DNA of 64,000 bases from Paenibacillaceae bacterium (GTDB lineage Bacteria; Bacillota; Bacilli; Paenibacillales; UBA4045), in assembly GCA_040880185.1 (NCBI GenBank), contig JBBDIY010000044.1, forward strand, positions 12,970 to 76,969. The letters are read 5' to 3'. A model generated the notes under the pieces. That model saw nothing but the letters and a program-made list of their open reading frames with translations. It did not search any database and was not told where the DNA came from. This document shows positions 10,438-19,487 of the stretch, piece by piece. Numbering within the stretch: the first letter of the stretch is position 1; each line of letters begins with the position of its first letter. Both the position numbers and the translations under genes were made by a program.

Positions 10438-11979
10438 ATGACGCATATTGGGAAAGTATATTTAGTAGGTGCAGGACCAGGGGACCCCAAGCTGATTACA
10501 GTCAGAGGTATGGAAGCCTTAGAGAGGGCTGATGTCGTCGTATATGATCGCCTAGCCAGTCCACGATTACTTCAAAGATTAAAGCCGGGCGCTGAGAAAA
10601 TATATGTCGGCAAGCGAACGGATCGCCACACAATGAAGCAGGATGATATTAATCAGCTGCTCGTTGATTTGGCATTGCAGGGCAAGGTTGTCACGCGGCT
10701 AAAGGGCGGTGACCCAACAATATTCGGCCGGGTTGGAGAGGAAGCAGAGCTATTAGTTGAGCATGGCATTGAATTTGAGATTGTTCCTGGTGTAACGTCT
10801 GCAACAGCTGTACCCGCTTATGCAGGTATACCTGTTACCCATAGAGATTATGCATCATCCATTGCTATTGTTACTGGGCATGAGAATCCTGAGAAGCTAG
10901 ATATGAATATTAAATGGGACAAGTTAACTCCTGCTACGGATACAATGATTTTCTTAATGGGTATAGCCAAGATCGAATATATCCGCGACCAACTTATCCT
11001 GCATGGTAAAGCTCCTGAAACGCCAGTTGCCCTCATTCGCTGGGGGACAAGGGTTAATCAACAAACATTAATCGGTACACTTGCTAATATTGCGGAGAAA
11101 GTGGAAGAAATGAATTTCAAACCACCGGCAGTCATCCTAGTCGGAGAGGTGGTTAAGCTTCGAGAGAAGCTGAATTGGTATGAGAAGAAGCCTCTCTTCG
11201 GGAGAAGAGTACTGGTGACCAGAGCAAGAAGCCAAGCTAGTGAATTAGCAGAGCGTATTGATGATCTTGGTGGTGAGCCTTATGAATTCCCGGTCATTGA
11301 TTTGAGACAGCCATCGGATCCAGCAATCCTAGAGAAGTTAGACCAAGCTTTGCAAAGAATAGAAAACTATGATTGGATTATGTTCACGAGTAGTAATGGA
11401 GTCGAGTACTTCTTCCTACGAATGAAGCAGTTAGGTATTGATATTCGTCGAATGGCTAAAGCTCGAATTGTTGCAGTTGGTCCGAAGACGGAAGAGGCAT
11501 TATTGAATCGAGGCTTGCTGACATCAGTTGTCCCAGCTTCTTTCTATCAAGCTGAGGGCTTGCTCGAATCCATGTTACCTGAACTGAAGCAGGGTCAGAA
11601 AGTGCTGCTGCCACGTGCAGATCTTGCAAGGGACTATTTGCCTAATCAATTATTACAGCTGGGCCTGAATGTAACGAACGTGGATGTGTACAATAATGTA
11701 GTCTGTAGCGAAGGAATTGAGGATTTGATACCATTGCTTCATCGGGGAGACATACATATCGTTACATTCACTAGCTCCTCTACGGTGAATAATATATGTC
11801 GTTTACTTGAGGAGCATACGGGAGGTACTGCAGCACAATCGTTAGCAGAAGCTAAGATTGCCTGTATCGGTCCGGTAACCGCAGCGACGATTAGAAGCTG
11901 GGGCTTACAAGTTGATTACATGGCAGAGGAAGCTACAATTGACTCACTGATTAAGGCTATTATCCATCACAATATATAG
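10438..11979 (+). CDS. Fusion protein: uroporphyrinogen-III C-methyltransferase (CobA/SirA) plus uroporphyrinogen-III synthase (HemD)
   Basis: The N-terminal half has the SAM methylase motifs VYLVGAGPGDPKLITVRG and RLKGGDPTIFGR. The C-terminal ~250 aa is HemD-like (LVTRA...). It occupies the hemD position. Confidence 0.88.
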   Translation: MTHIGKVYLVGAGPGDPKLITVRGMEALERADVVVYDRLASPRLLQRLKPGAEKIYVGKRTDRHTMKQDDINQLLVDLALQGKVVTRLKGGDPTIFGRVGEEAELLVEHGIEFEIVPGVTSATAVPAYAGIPVTHRDYASSIAIVTGHENPEKLDMNIKWDKLTPATDTMIFLMGIAKIEYIRDQLILHGKAPETPVALIRWGTRVNQQTLIGTLANIAEKVEEMNFKPPAVILVGEVVKLREKLNWYEKKPLFGRRVLVTRARSQASELAERIDDLGGEPYEFPVIDLRQPSDPAILEKLDQALQRIENYDWIMFTSSNGVEYFFLRMKQLGIDIRRMAKARIVAVGPKTEEALLNRGLLTSVVPASFYQAEGLLESMLPELKQGQKVLLPRADLARDYLPNQLLQLGLNVTNVDVYNNVVCSEGIEDLIPLLHRGDIHIVTFTSSSTVNNICRLLEEHTGGTAAQSLAEAKIACIGPVTAATIRSWGLQVDYMAEEATIDSLIKAIIHHNI

Positions 11980-11993
11980 AATGAGGTGCAACG

Positions 11994-12986
11994 ATGGCAT
12001 TTCCATTATCCCGACTTAGAAGAACGAGAGGCACTACCATGCTACGTAATATGGTTCGTGAGCATGCAGTGTCCGTCCACGATTTAGTATATCCCTTGTT
12101 CATTACAGAGGGCACGAATATTCGTAATGAGATATCATCAATGCCAGGTGTATATCATTATTCACTCGATCGGTTGAATGAAGAGATAGATGAGGTTGTT
12201 AAACTTGGTGTTCAGGCAGTCTTATTATTTGGAATACCCGATAATAAGGATGAATGTGGTAGTTCAGCATTCGATGAGGATGGTATCGTTCAGAGGGCAA
12301 TTAGACAAATTAAGCGTCAGCATGAGGATCTGTTAGTTATCGCGGATACATGTTTATGTGAATTTACGGATCATGGGCATTGTGGTGTCGTTAAGCAAGA
12401 TGCACGAACTCAGCAAGCTTATATTGATAATGACGAATCACTTGAGCTATTAGTACAGACCGCAGTATCGCAAGCAAGAGCGGGTGCTGATATTATTGCT
12501 CCATCCAATATGATGGATGGATTTGTACAGGAGATTCGTGTTGGTTTAGATGATGCTGGATTCGATCGGGTTCCGATTATGTCATATGCAGTTAAATATG
12601 CTTCTGCATTCTACGGTCCATTCCGAGAAGCTGCTAATTCTGCACCGCAATTCGGAGATCGTAAGACGTATCAGATGGATTCAGCTAATATTAGGGAAGC
12701 ACTAAGAGAGGCAGAATCAGATGTTATCGAAGGAGCTGATATGCTTATTGTTAAGCCTGCACTGGCATATATGGATGTCATCCGTACAGTCAGAGAAAAC
12801 TTCGATCTACCTGTTGTTGCGTACAACGTGAGCGGAGAATATGCGATGGTTAAGGCTGCCGCATCGCAAGGGTGGATTGATGAGAAGGCTATTGTTATGG
12901 AGACGATGGTCGGGTTTAAACGTGCTGGAGCTGATATAATCATTACCTACTTCGCTAAGGATGTTGCAGGGTGGCTCCAAGCCTAA
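11994..12986 (+). CDS. hemB: Porphobilinogen synthase (ALA dehydratase)
   Basis: RLRR...R.MVRE start, Zn-site [14 protein letters not shown], and Schiff-base lysine context [12 protein letters not shown]. Confidence 0.95.
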   Translation: MAFPLSRLRRTRGTTMLRNMVREHAVSVHDLVYPLFITEGTNIRNEISSMPGVYHYSLDRLNEEIDEVVKLGVQAVLLFGIPDNKDECGSSAFDEDGIVQRAIRQIKRQHEDLLVIADTCLCEFTDHGHCGVVKQDARTQQAYIDNDESLELLVQTAVSQARAGADIIAPSNMMDGFVQEIRVGLDDAGFDRVPIMSYAVKYASAFYGPFREAANSAPQFGDRKTYQMDSANIREALREAESDVIEGADMLIVKPALAYMDVIRTVRENFDLPVVAYNVSGEYAMVKAAASQGWIDEKAIVMETMVGFKRAGADIIITYFAKDVAGWLQA

Positions 12987-12988
12987 GC

Positions 12989-13660
12989 TTATCCACGAAG
13001 CTTAGCTAAGTCTAATGTAAACCCATCGTCGGTTACATACAGAATTTGCTTAACTTGAAGCTCTCTAATGACTTGCATGAACGTGTCCTTCTGAACACCA
13101 GCCATCCGTGCAATCTCATCGTAATTAAAGACAATACGAAGCGAAATCGTTGTACCTTGACGTACACCATGCTTGTTAGCTGTCTGAATGAGATGCTTCA
13201 GGACGCGGGTACGTGAATCTAAGAATGTCAGATCATGCACATGCTGATTCGTATCACGTAATCTCTGACACAGCTCTTGCATAATGATAATGGCGATATC
13301 GAAATTTGTACGTAGAACTTCAAGGAAACTGACCTTATCTAGAGTGAGTAGCACACTATTCTCCAGTGTTGCTGCGGAAGCTGAACGTGGTTTTCCATCT
13401 AGTAATGAAAGCTCACCGAAGCTGTCACCAGGCTTGAATACGGACAATATCTTATCCTCTCCACCGCTTGAAGTGTAAATCTTAACTGAGCCCGCCATAA
13501 CAATGTAAAATTCGGCTCCGTTGTCTTTCTCAAGGAAAAGCACATGGTCACCACGAAAACTTTTGCGTGCACAATGCTGAGCGATGACTGTGAGTTGCTC
13601 CTGTGTCAGGCTTGAGAACAATGATACCTTCTGTAATAGTTGTAACACGGAAACAATCAC
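12989..13660 (-). CDS. Crp/Fnr-family transcriptional regulator (cNMP-binding-like domain plus HTH)
   Basis: The beta-barrel motif FGELSLLDGKPRSASA and a C-terminal HTH (YDEIARMAGVQKDTFMQVIREL). It lacks an Fnr-type cysteine cluster. Confidence 0.8.
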   Translation of the reverse strand: MIVSVLQLLQKVSLFSSLTQEQLTVIAQHCARKSFRGDHVLFLEKDNGAEFYIVMAGSVKIYTSSGGEDKILSVFKPGDSFGELSLLDGKPRSASAATLENSVLLTLDKVSFLEVLRTNFDIAIIIMQELCQRLRDTNQHVHDLTFLDSRTRVLKHLIQTANKHGVRQGTTISLRIVFNYDEIARMAGVQKDTFMQVIRELQVKQILYVTDDGFTLDLAKLRG

Positions 13661-13722
13661 CTACTTTTTCTGATGAAATCAGATTTATTCTATCACATAA
13701 CCGCTCATAAGGGGGCAATTGA

Positions 13723-15024
13723 ATGAAAGAAACTACGCAGCGTCAGGATTCACGGTCTAAGGAAGCTTTTGCTGAAGCATTGCAATACATACCTGGTGGT
13801 GTGAATAGTCCTGTACGAGCGTTTCGGTCTGTTGGCTTGACACCTTATTATGTTGAACGTGGTGAAGGGTCTAGAATATATGACATTGATGGAAATTCTT
13901 ATATTGATTATATAGGCTCATGGGGACCCCTAATTCTTGGACATGCTCATCCTGCAATTATTCAAGCTATACAGCAAACTGCTGCGAAAGGAACCAGCTT
14001 CGGTGCACCAACACAATTAGAAACTGAGATGGCTAAGCTCGTTTGTGAGCGTGTCCCTTCCATTGAGATGGTACGTATGGTGAACTCTGGAACGGAAGCT
14101 ACTATGAGTGCTCTACGCTTAGCTAGAGGCTTCACTGGTCGCAGTAAAATCGTCAAATTTGAAGGCTGTTATCATGGTCATGCAGATTCTTTGTTGATCA
14201 AAGCTGGATCGGGTGTAGCGACATTAGCTTTACCAGATAGCCCCGGTGTTCCCGAAGCGGTTGCTGCTCAGACGATTACAATTCCTTATAATGACCTGGA
14301 AGCAGTGCATTTAGTATTCGAGAAGTTTGGTGAAGAGATTGCAACAGTCATTGTTGAGCCGATAGCGGGTAATATGGGCGTTGTACCACCTGCAAGTGGA
14401 TTTCTCGAAGGCTTACGAAAGATCACTAGCGAGTATGGTAGCTTGCTCATCTTTGATGAGGTTATGACTGGCTTTCGTGTTGATATTCATAGCGCCCAAG
14501 GGTTATATGGGGTAACTCCAGATATCACCTGTCTAGGTAAGATTATTGGTGGCGGATTGCCTGTGGGAGCTTATGGGGGAAGAAGAGACATCATGGAGAA
14601 AATGGCCCCTGCTGGTCCGATCTATCAAGCGGGCACCTTATCAGGCAATCCACTGGCTATGGCTGCGGGATACACAACATTAAACATCCTTGGTCAACCA
14701 GGTGTCTATGAATCGCTGGAACGGAAATCTGCTCGTCTTGAGCAAGGATTTACGGATAACGCAAGGGAACGTGGTATTGCCTGTACGATCAATCGAGTAG
14801 GCTCAATGGTATGCCCATTCTTCACGGATATGAAGGTTACGAACTATGAGTCCGCGAAGACTTCGGACTTGCAGCGTTTCAATCGGTACTTTGCAACATT
14901 GCTTGATCTTGGCATTAGTGTTGCTCCATCTCAGTTTGAGGGGATGTTCGTCTCTTTGGCGCATACAGATGAAGATATTGAGGCAACGATTGAAGCTCAT
15001 CGGAATGCGCTCAAGGGTCTATAA
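13723..15024 (+). CDS. hemL: Glutamate-1-semialdehyde 2,1-aminomutase
   Basis: [28 protein letters not shown], and the PLP lysine context [11 protein letters not shown]. Confidence 0.95.
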   Translation: MKETTQRQDSRSKEAFAEALQYIPGGVNSPVRAFRSVGLTPYYVERGEGSRIYDIDGNSYIDYIGSWGPLILGHAHPAIIQAIQQTAAKGTSFGAPTQLETEMAKLVCERVPSIEMVRMVNSGTEATMSALRLARGFTGRSKIVKFEGCYHGHADSLLIKAGSGVATLALPDSPGVPEAVAAQTITIPYNDLEAVHLVFEKFGEEIATVIVEPIAGNMGVVPPASGFLEGLRKITSEYGSLLIFDEVMTGFRVDIHSAQGLYGVTPDITCLGKIIGGGLPVGAYGGRRDIMEKMAPAGPIYQAGTLSGNPLAMAAGYTTLNILGQPGVYESLERKSARLEQGFTDNARERGIACTINRVGSMVCPFFTDMKVTNYESAKTSDLQRFNRYFATLLDLGISVAPSQFEGMFVSLAHTDEDIEATIEAHRNALKGL

Positions 15025-15041
15025 TTGGTCTATTATGCTGA

Positions 15042-15419
15042 TTACTGAAAATAAACCAGTTTCAAATCATCATAGGGTTTTAGAACATGATCAAGAACTG
15101 CAACAATTCGAATACCCCCTTCGTTCAAATCGTCCGGAGGGGGTATTCGTCGAATAATATACTCCTCCTCATTGCATACAAGTGTTAGCATTTCATTAGA
15201 TAGTAGCGGGTTGATCAGACTGAATATAAGGTAATCCCCCTGATGAATGCCGAGATGCTCTAAACCATCGTCTCCCATCGATAAAGCGAATGAAGCATTC
15301 ATAAATTTTGATATTTGTAGATGTGGTTTTTCCGACCAATCCTCTCCATGGATGTGAATGGGGAAATAGCGCATCGAAAACCCGCGTGAAATAATTGGAA
15401 TGATCTTAAATGTCATCAT
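15042..15419 (-). CDS. Stand-alone S24 (LexA/UmuD C-terminal-like) domain protein with substituted catalytic dyad
   Basis: By-eye alignment to B. subtilis LexA-CTD gives three matches. IPIISRG matches IPVLGRV. SMGDDGLEHLGIHQGDYLIF matches IMGDSMIDAGILDKDYVIV (Ser to Asp). EEEYIIRRI matches DEATVKRF (Lys to Arg). The gene overlaps the immA stop by 14 nt. Confidence 0.45.
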   Translation of the reverse strand: MMTFKIIPIISRGFSMRYFPIHIHGEDWSEKPHLQISKFMNASFALSMGDDGLEHLGIHQGDYLIFSLINPLLSNEMLTLVCNEEEYIIRRIPPPDDLNEGGIRIVAVLDHVLKPYDDLKLVYFQ

Positions 15420-16035
15420 TAGCCTCTTTTATATAACCGAGAACACCTTTTTCATGACAATATAACATTGTGGATGATCCTGTTGGAATACAATACTCGA
15501 TGTGATGTATGCGTTTGAATTGATCAGAAGCCTCCATTAATGCAGAAAATTTGTTATTGTACGATTGCTGAAGAATTTGTTTGGAATATTGCTTTAGTCT
15601 CTTTTTGGCGATAGATGGTGTTACGTTGAATATCTCGGAAACATAATCAATTGCAGCTTGCATCTGATTTGGGATGTTTAGTTGGGTTAGCATGAAGCTT
15701 GGTATGCAGAAGTGCATAGCGAAATTACTTGCCTTACTCTCTTGAAATTCGATCAATGAATTGGAAAGCAAAAGTTGGTTTCCAGAATGCCTTAGAATAT
15801 GGCACATTTCATGACCGAAATCCTCCCATTGCTGTTGTGCGGATTGTCGTTCATCCAGTACAATGCTTGCCTTTCCTTGACGTTCAATTGCATGACTTGT
15901 AACAGGGAAAAAGTATACCCAAATGTTATATTTAGACGCTATAGTCATAATGTCCAAATCTTCTGGATGCTGGATGTTAATGTGTTGATAAAAAGAGAGA
16001 ATCCAGTCCTCCAACGGTGTGAAAATATAATCCAT
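15406..16035 (-). CDS. immA: ImmA/IrrE-family zinc metallopeptidase (anti-repressor protease, XkdA-like)
   Basis: HEXXH motif FGHEMCHILRH. It sits immediately downstream of an XRE repressor on the same strand, the classic ImmR-ImmA arrangement. Confidence 0.8.
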   Translation of the reverse strand: MDYIFTPLEDWILSFYQHINIQHPEDLDIMTIASKYNIWVYFFPVTSHAIERQGKASIVLDERQSAQQQWEDFGHEMCHILRHSGNQLLLSNSLIEFQESKASNFAMHFCIPSFMLTQLNIPNQMQAAIDYVSEIFNVTPSIAKKRLKQYSKQILQQSYNNKFSALMEASDQFKRIHHIEYCIPTGSSTMLYCHEKGVLGYIKEANDDI

Positions 16036-16108
16036 AATGAATACCTCCTTTTATGAGAATGTATGTTCTATTTTTAGAAAAAAAGAAAAGCCTTAACGGC
16101 TAAGATAC

Positions 16109-16462
16109 TTATTCTTGTATATCGTTCGGATTTCTTCCATTCTCCCTCTGTTTGATAATTTCCCAGATCTTCCTAAGTTCTTCCCTCCGCTCCTCCGGTG
16201 CGTCGAGTAATTCCTTGAACCACAAACCCAAAGTTGGATCAGCCATCTCCTCTGAAACTAAATCACCCTCAGCTTTTCCTAGCAAGTAATCTGTGCTGAC
16301 GTTGAAAATCTCGGCCATCTTCTGCAAAGTATCCAACGATGGCTGACGATACCCCGATTCATATCCAGCATATGTGCTCTTGGCCATGCCTATTCGATTG
16401 GCTAAATATTGCATGGACCAATTATTATTTTTCCGTAACTCAGCTAATCGCACAGCAATCAC
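16109..16462 (-). CDS. XRE-family HTH repressor (ImmR/Xre-like)
   Basis: The N-terminal HTH_3 domain is RLAELRKNNNWSMQYLANRIGMAKSTYAGYESGYRQPSLDTLQKMAEIFNVSTDYLLG. It uses a GTG start and is divergent from the rightward phage genes. Confidence 0.85.
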   Translation of the reverse strand: MIAVRLAELRKNNNWSMQYLANRIGMAKSTYAGYESGYRQPSLDTLQKMAEIFNVSTDYLLGKAEGDLVSEEMADPTLGLWFKELLDAPEERREELRKIWEIIKQRENGRNPNDIQE

Positions 16463-16510
16463 GCAGAAACCGCCTATTCAGAAGGAATTATTTAACTTGT
16501 CCTTATAATA

Positions 16511-16613
16511 TCGCATAACGCGAACGAAAAGCAATTATTATTAAAAAAAACTTGATTTTTTCGCGAAACGCGTACAATATATAGGAATACATGTTCGCAT
16601 TTTGAATACATGT
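16511..16613. promoter_or_regulatory. Divergent promoter/operator region of the immunity switch
   Basis: The rightward candidate is TTGATT (16552-16557) and TACAAT (16573-16578), but the spacer is only 15 nt. CGCGAA-containing motifs repeat at 16516-16527 and 16559-16572. GAATACATGT is a 10-bp direct repeat at 16585-16594 and 16604-16613. Confidence 0.35.
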
Positions 16614-16651
16614 GAGATAAATTCAGCTCAAGTATACGGAAGGAGTCCTTT

Positions 16652-17002
16652 ATGGAAAATCAATTTGGAATAGCTAGAGTAGCCGTATTATTGCACGATC
16701 GTTCTCGTTTAAGCTCTCGTAGATATGTAGGTGACTATACAGCATCTGATATTCTCATCGATCTAGATCGAGCAATTAGATTAGCACAGTTGACTGAACG
16801 GCAATCTCAAGTGATTAAATTCGTGTTTACATTAGACATGACACAAGAAGCCGCAGCAATAGCCATGCAAGTTACCCAAGTGGCCGTGAGTAAGACATTG
16901 AATGGGGCCTGCAAACGAATCGCTAACGTTTTTCAAAACTGGGATTACAATGACTACTCTAAGTTAGCAGAAGGAGGGAGCAATATATGGAACGAACAAT
17001 AG
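16652..17002 (+). CDS. Sigma-70 region-4-like HTH protein (candidate phage late-gene activator, Xpf-like)
   Basis: LTERQSQVIKFVFTLDMTQEAAAIAMQVTQVAVSKTLNGACKRI resembles ECF sigma region 4. SD GGAAGGAG lies upstream. Confidence 0.55.
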   Translation: MENQFGIARVAVLLHDRSRLSSRRYVGDYTASDILIDLDRAIRLAQLTERQSQVIKFVFTLDMTQEAAAIAMQVTQVAVSKTLNGACKRIANVFQNWDYNDYSKLAEGGSNIWNEQ

Positions 17003-17538
17003 GAAGGGAGCATAGACCAGCATTATCTCGAGAAATGATGGATCGGGAGCTCATCCGTATTCCACGAGAACAAAGAATACAACAAGTGGAGCAAATAATA
17101 GGAACGTATATGAATGACTATGGACTTAGACCGCGTAATCAAGATTTGGAGTTTCTTGCAGAGGTGATATTGTATGAGGAATTATCCGATTCTGATCCTC
17201 ACAAGGTAGCACACAATGATTATCCGATTCTAAGCTTGACACAACTGAAACGTCGGATGTACGGCCGCGGGAATGCGGCGACTACAAATATGCAGGGGGA
17301 AGCAAGGCTAGAGATGGAATGGAGTGGTGTACAATCAACTAGATTATCGAGACACAATGAATTAGCTTCGGACGGGCATACATATAAACCGCCTATTCGT
17401 CGGGCACGAAGTTTATATGAACATATGCTTATGGATGCCAATACGGTATCAAGGAACAATGAACGATCAGAACAATATAGCAAGAATAGTGCTCCAGGTC
17501 AGGTGCACACTTATCATGTTTCGAAATTATTTTGCTGA
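16987..17538 (+). CDS. Hypothetical phage-associated protein (183 aa)
   Basis: The ORF overlaps the previous gene by 16 nt, and SD GGAGGGAG lies 6 nt before the ATG. No motif recognised. Confidence 0.5.
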   Translation: MERTIGREHRPALSREMMDRELIRIPREQRIQQVEQIIGTYMNDYGLRPRNQDLEFLAEVILYEELSDSDPHKVAHNDYPILSLTQLKRRMYGRGNAATTNMQGEARLEMEWSGVQSTRLSRHNELASDGHTYKPPIRRARSLYEHMLMDANTVSRNNERSEQYSKNSAPGQVHTYHVSKLFC

Positions 17539-17661
17539 CTAGGTTATATAATTTGTGGTTTCTGGTTCTAAGATTGTAGATGGGTGTTTAACCGCGGTGC
17601 TCATCCTTGAAGAAACTTCGACGGGAGCTTCTTTCCAAATATGAAGAGGAGGAACAAACAA

Positions 17662-17854
17662 ATGGCGCAAATTACAGGACAGTATGCAGAGCTTTGGGTA
17701 GAAGTGAATAGTGTAAGAACGAAAGCAGCGGGGTTAAGGAATTGGTTCAGCTTCAATTGATGCGGATATTGCAACGCCATATGATGATCTACATGGTATT
17801 ACAGCCACATTCACCGGCTCCGATGCATTAACTAAATCCACGGTTACTGTCTAA
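17662..17854 (+). pseudogene. Frameshifted small phage gene
   Basis: A strong SD AAGAGGAGGAA precedes the ATG at 17662. The frame stops after 32 aa (17758-17760). The +1 frame then continues to 17854 (GSASIDADIATPYDDLHGITATFTGSDALTKSTVTV). Confidence 0.4.
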
Positions 17855-18044
17855 TAGTTTTAATCGCTCGAGATGGCAGCGTTGGATGATCAGCACTGCA
17901 CTTAGTATTATTGCACTTTGTATCACTGTGATTAGTTTGTTCTGGAAAGCGGTTGCCTAGCATTGAATAAACGGATGTAAGTGTCAGTGAAAGAAACGAA
18001 AGAATATATTATTATAAACTTGGTTCGTGGGGGGGTGAATTAGT

Positions 18045-18815
18045 ATGCCAGAACGGAAGTTCCGTAGGTTTACATTAGCTGAATATTCCGGATATCTGAA
18101 GTCGTACGCGAATAAAGTTAAATTCTCTGAGGTTCATGTACATCATACTTGGAAACCCACAATAGCTAATTATCGCAAGCAGAACGATAAAGAATCATTG
18201 ATTCTTGGTATGTGGCGGTATCACACTGCAACCAGAGGCTGGGCTGATATAGCCCAGCATATCTCCATCGATCCAGACGGCTTTATCTGGGAAGGACGCC
18301 CATTGTTAAGTCCTCCTGTATCTGCAACAGGTCATAATGATTCAGACAGCGACGGAATTCATCCATTCATGTTTGAGATGATAGGTGATTTTGATTTAGG
18401 GAAGGAGAGATTAGAAGGAGCCCAATTAGAAACGGTTCTGGGGGTAGTGGCACTTATTCAAGATGTCTGGAAGCTATCTGATCAGCAAATTCGCTTTCAT
18501 AGGGAAATGCAAACAGGTAAGTCTTGTCCAGGAACGAGCATAGATAAACAATGGTTTTTGGAGAGGGTCCGAGAGATACGACAAGACACAACCAAGGTGA
18601 AGCAAGAAGATCAGGTCGCTCCCACAAAAGAAATTGTATTCCCAATCATTCAAGAGACGGTTAACATCCACATTAACGGTAATCCCGGTCCAATGGGATA
18701 TTTAATTAATGGAGTCACATACGCACCACTAAGGCCGATCGCGGAACAACTGAAAGCTAGTATCGAATGGGATCCTAATACCAGGACAGCATCGATTACA
18801 AGAGAAGGTGTATAG
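18045..18815 (+). CDS. N-acetylmuramoyl-L-alanine amidase endolysin (amidase_2/PGRP type) with a C-terminal copper-amine-oxidase-N-like domain
   Basis: VHVHHTW...GWADIAQHISIDPDGFIWEGRP...SCPG are amidase_2 hallmarks. The C-terminal sequence INGVTYAPLRPIAEQLKASIEWDPNTRTASI resembles that repeat family. Confidence 0.85.
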   Translation: MPERKFRRFTLAEYSGYLKSYANKVKFSEVHVHHTWKPTIANYRKQNDKESLILGMWRYHTATRGWADIAQHISIDPDGFIWEGRPLLSPPVSATGHNDSDSDGIHPFMFEMIGDFDLGKERLEGAQLETVLGVVALIQDVWKLSDQQIRFHREMQTGKSCPGTSIDKQWFLERVREIRQDTTKVKQEDQVAPTKEIVFPIIQETVNIHINGNPGPMGYLINGVTYAPLRPIAEQLKASIEWDPNTRTASITREGV

Positions 18816-19083
18816 TATGGAGCTTACTCCTTATGAGCTGACTATTGTTCCTATCATCGTGGCTCTAGTCCGTGTTCTTAGAATGTCAGGTGTGCCACCG
18901 CGCTGGCTTCCTCTTTGTGCAATTGCCTTGGGTATGATTAGTGGATTTGTATATATTGCTCCGGAAAACCCGAAGTTGGGTTTACTTTCTGGCATTGTCA
19001 TGGGTTTGATAGCAATTGGTGTTTGGTCTAGCGTTACGAATACGATAAAAGAGGACAGTACAACCTCCGGAATTGGCAAATAG
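18808..19083 (+). CDS. Phage holin (two or three TM helices)
   Basis: This 91-aa protein has hydrophobic segments IVPIIVALVRVL, LPLCAIALGMISGFVYI and GIVMGLIAIGVW and a charged C-tail. It overlaps the endolysin stop by 8 nt. Confidence 0.65.
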   Translation: MYSMELTPYELTIVPIIVALVRVLRMSGVPPRWLPLCAIALGMISGFVYIAPENPKLGLLSGIVMGLIAIGVWSSVTNTIKEDSTTSGIGK

Positions 19084-19101
19084 CCATTCCGGATTTTTTT
19101 T
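19066..19101 (+). terminator. Rho-independent terminator
   Basis: TCCGGAATTGGC / GCCATTCCGGA stem (one bulge) followed by T8. Confidence 0.75.
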
Positions 19102-19130
19102 GAACCGAGGTTCATTTTCTTATTACAGTG

Positions 19131-19313
19131 GGAATTTGAGAGTAACGGTAATGATGAGTAGAAGTAGGTGACCAAAGGAAGAAACTTCCGTTAGGAGATG
19201 GAAACTAGGTTACTTATGTCAAATAGCGGAGGTTTTTTCCGTTAAAACTGGAGTTTGAGAGTAATGAGGAGCAGTGGCAGGTGGCTAACGGAAGATGCTT
19301 CCGCTACTGGATT
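19131..19313. repeat. Two diverged direct repeat units, each ending in a GGAAG-N3-CTTCC hairpin, carrying TAACGGAA/TTCCGTTA motifs
   Basis: Unit A (19131-19199) and unit B (19250-19313) align over most of their length apart from a 6-nt gap (GGAaTTTGAGAGTAA...AGGTG...GGAAGA..CTTCCG.TA). The offset is 119 bp. Confidence 0.6.
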
Positions 19314-19415
19314 ACGGTATGGTTATTTGATATGCCATGGCAAACGCGTTTGTCGGCGAAGCCATTTTTTGTTGTCTAATGTCATCGAATTGTCAGATTG
19401 TTCGCTGATTTGAAC

Positions 19416-19445
19416 TTGTTGCTTTTTTCCTATTAAGGCTATAAT
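19416..19445 (+). promoter_or_regulatory. Candidate sigmaA promoter for hemEHY
   Basis: TTGTTG, an 18-nt spacer, then TATAAT. It lies about 40 nt upstream of the hemE ATG. Confidence 0.45.
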
Positions 19446-19487
19446 AAATGTCATGAGAGTAAGCACGGGAAATGAGGAATAAAGCAA

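Larger units (their letters stand above)
15042..19101. mobile_element. Decayed PBSX-like prophage remnant inserted between hemL and hemE
   Basis: It contains a repressor/ImmA immunity operon, a divergent sigma-region-4-like gene, frameshifted small structural gene debris, an amidase endolysin and a holin. No integrase, terminase, capsid or tail genes remain. Confidence 0.65.
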
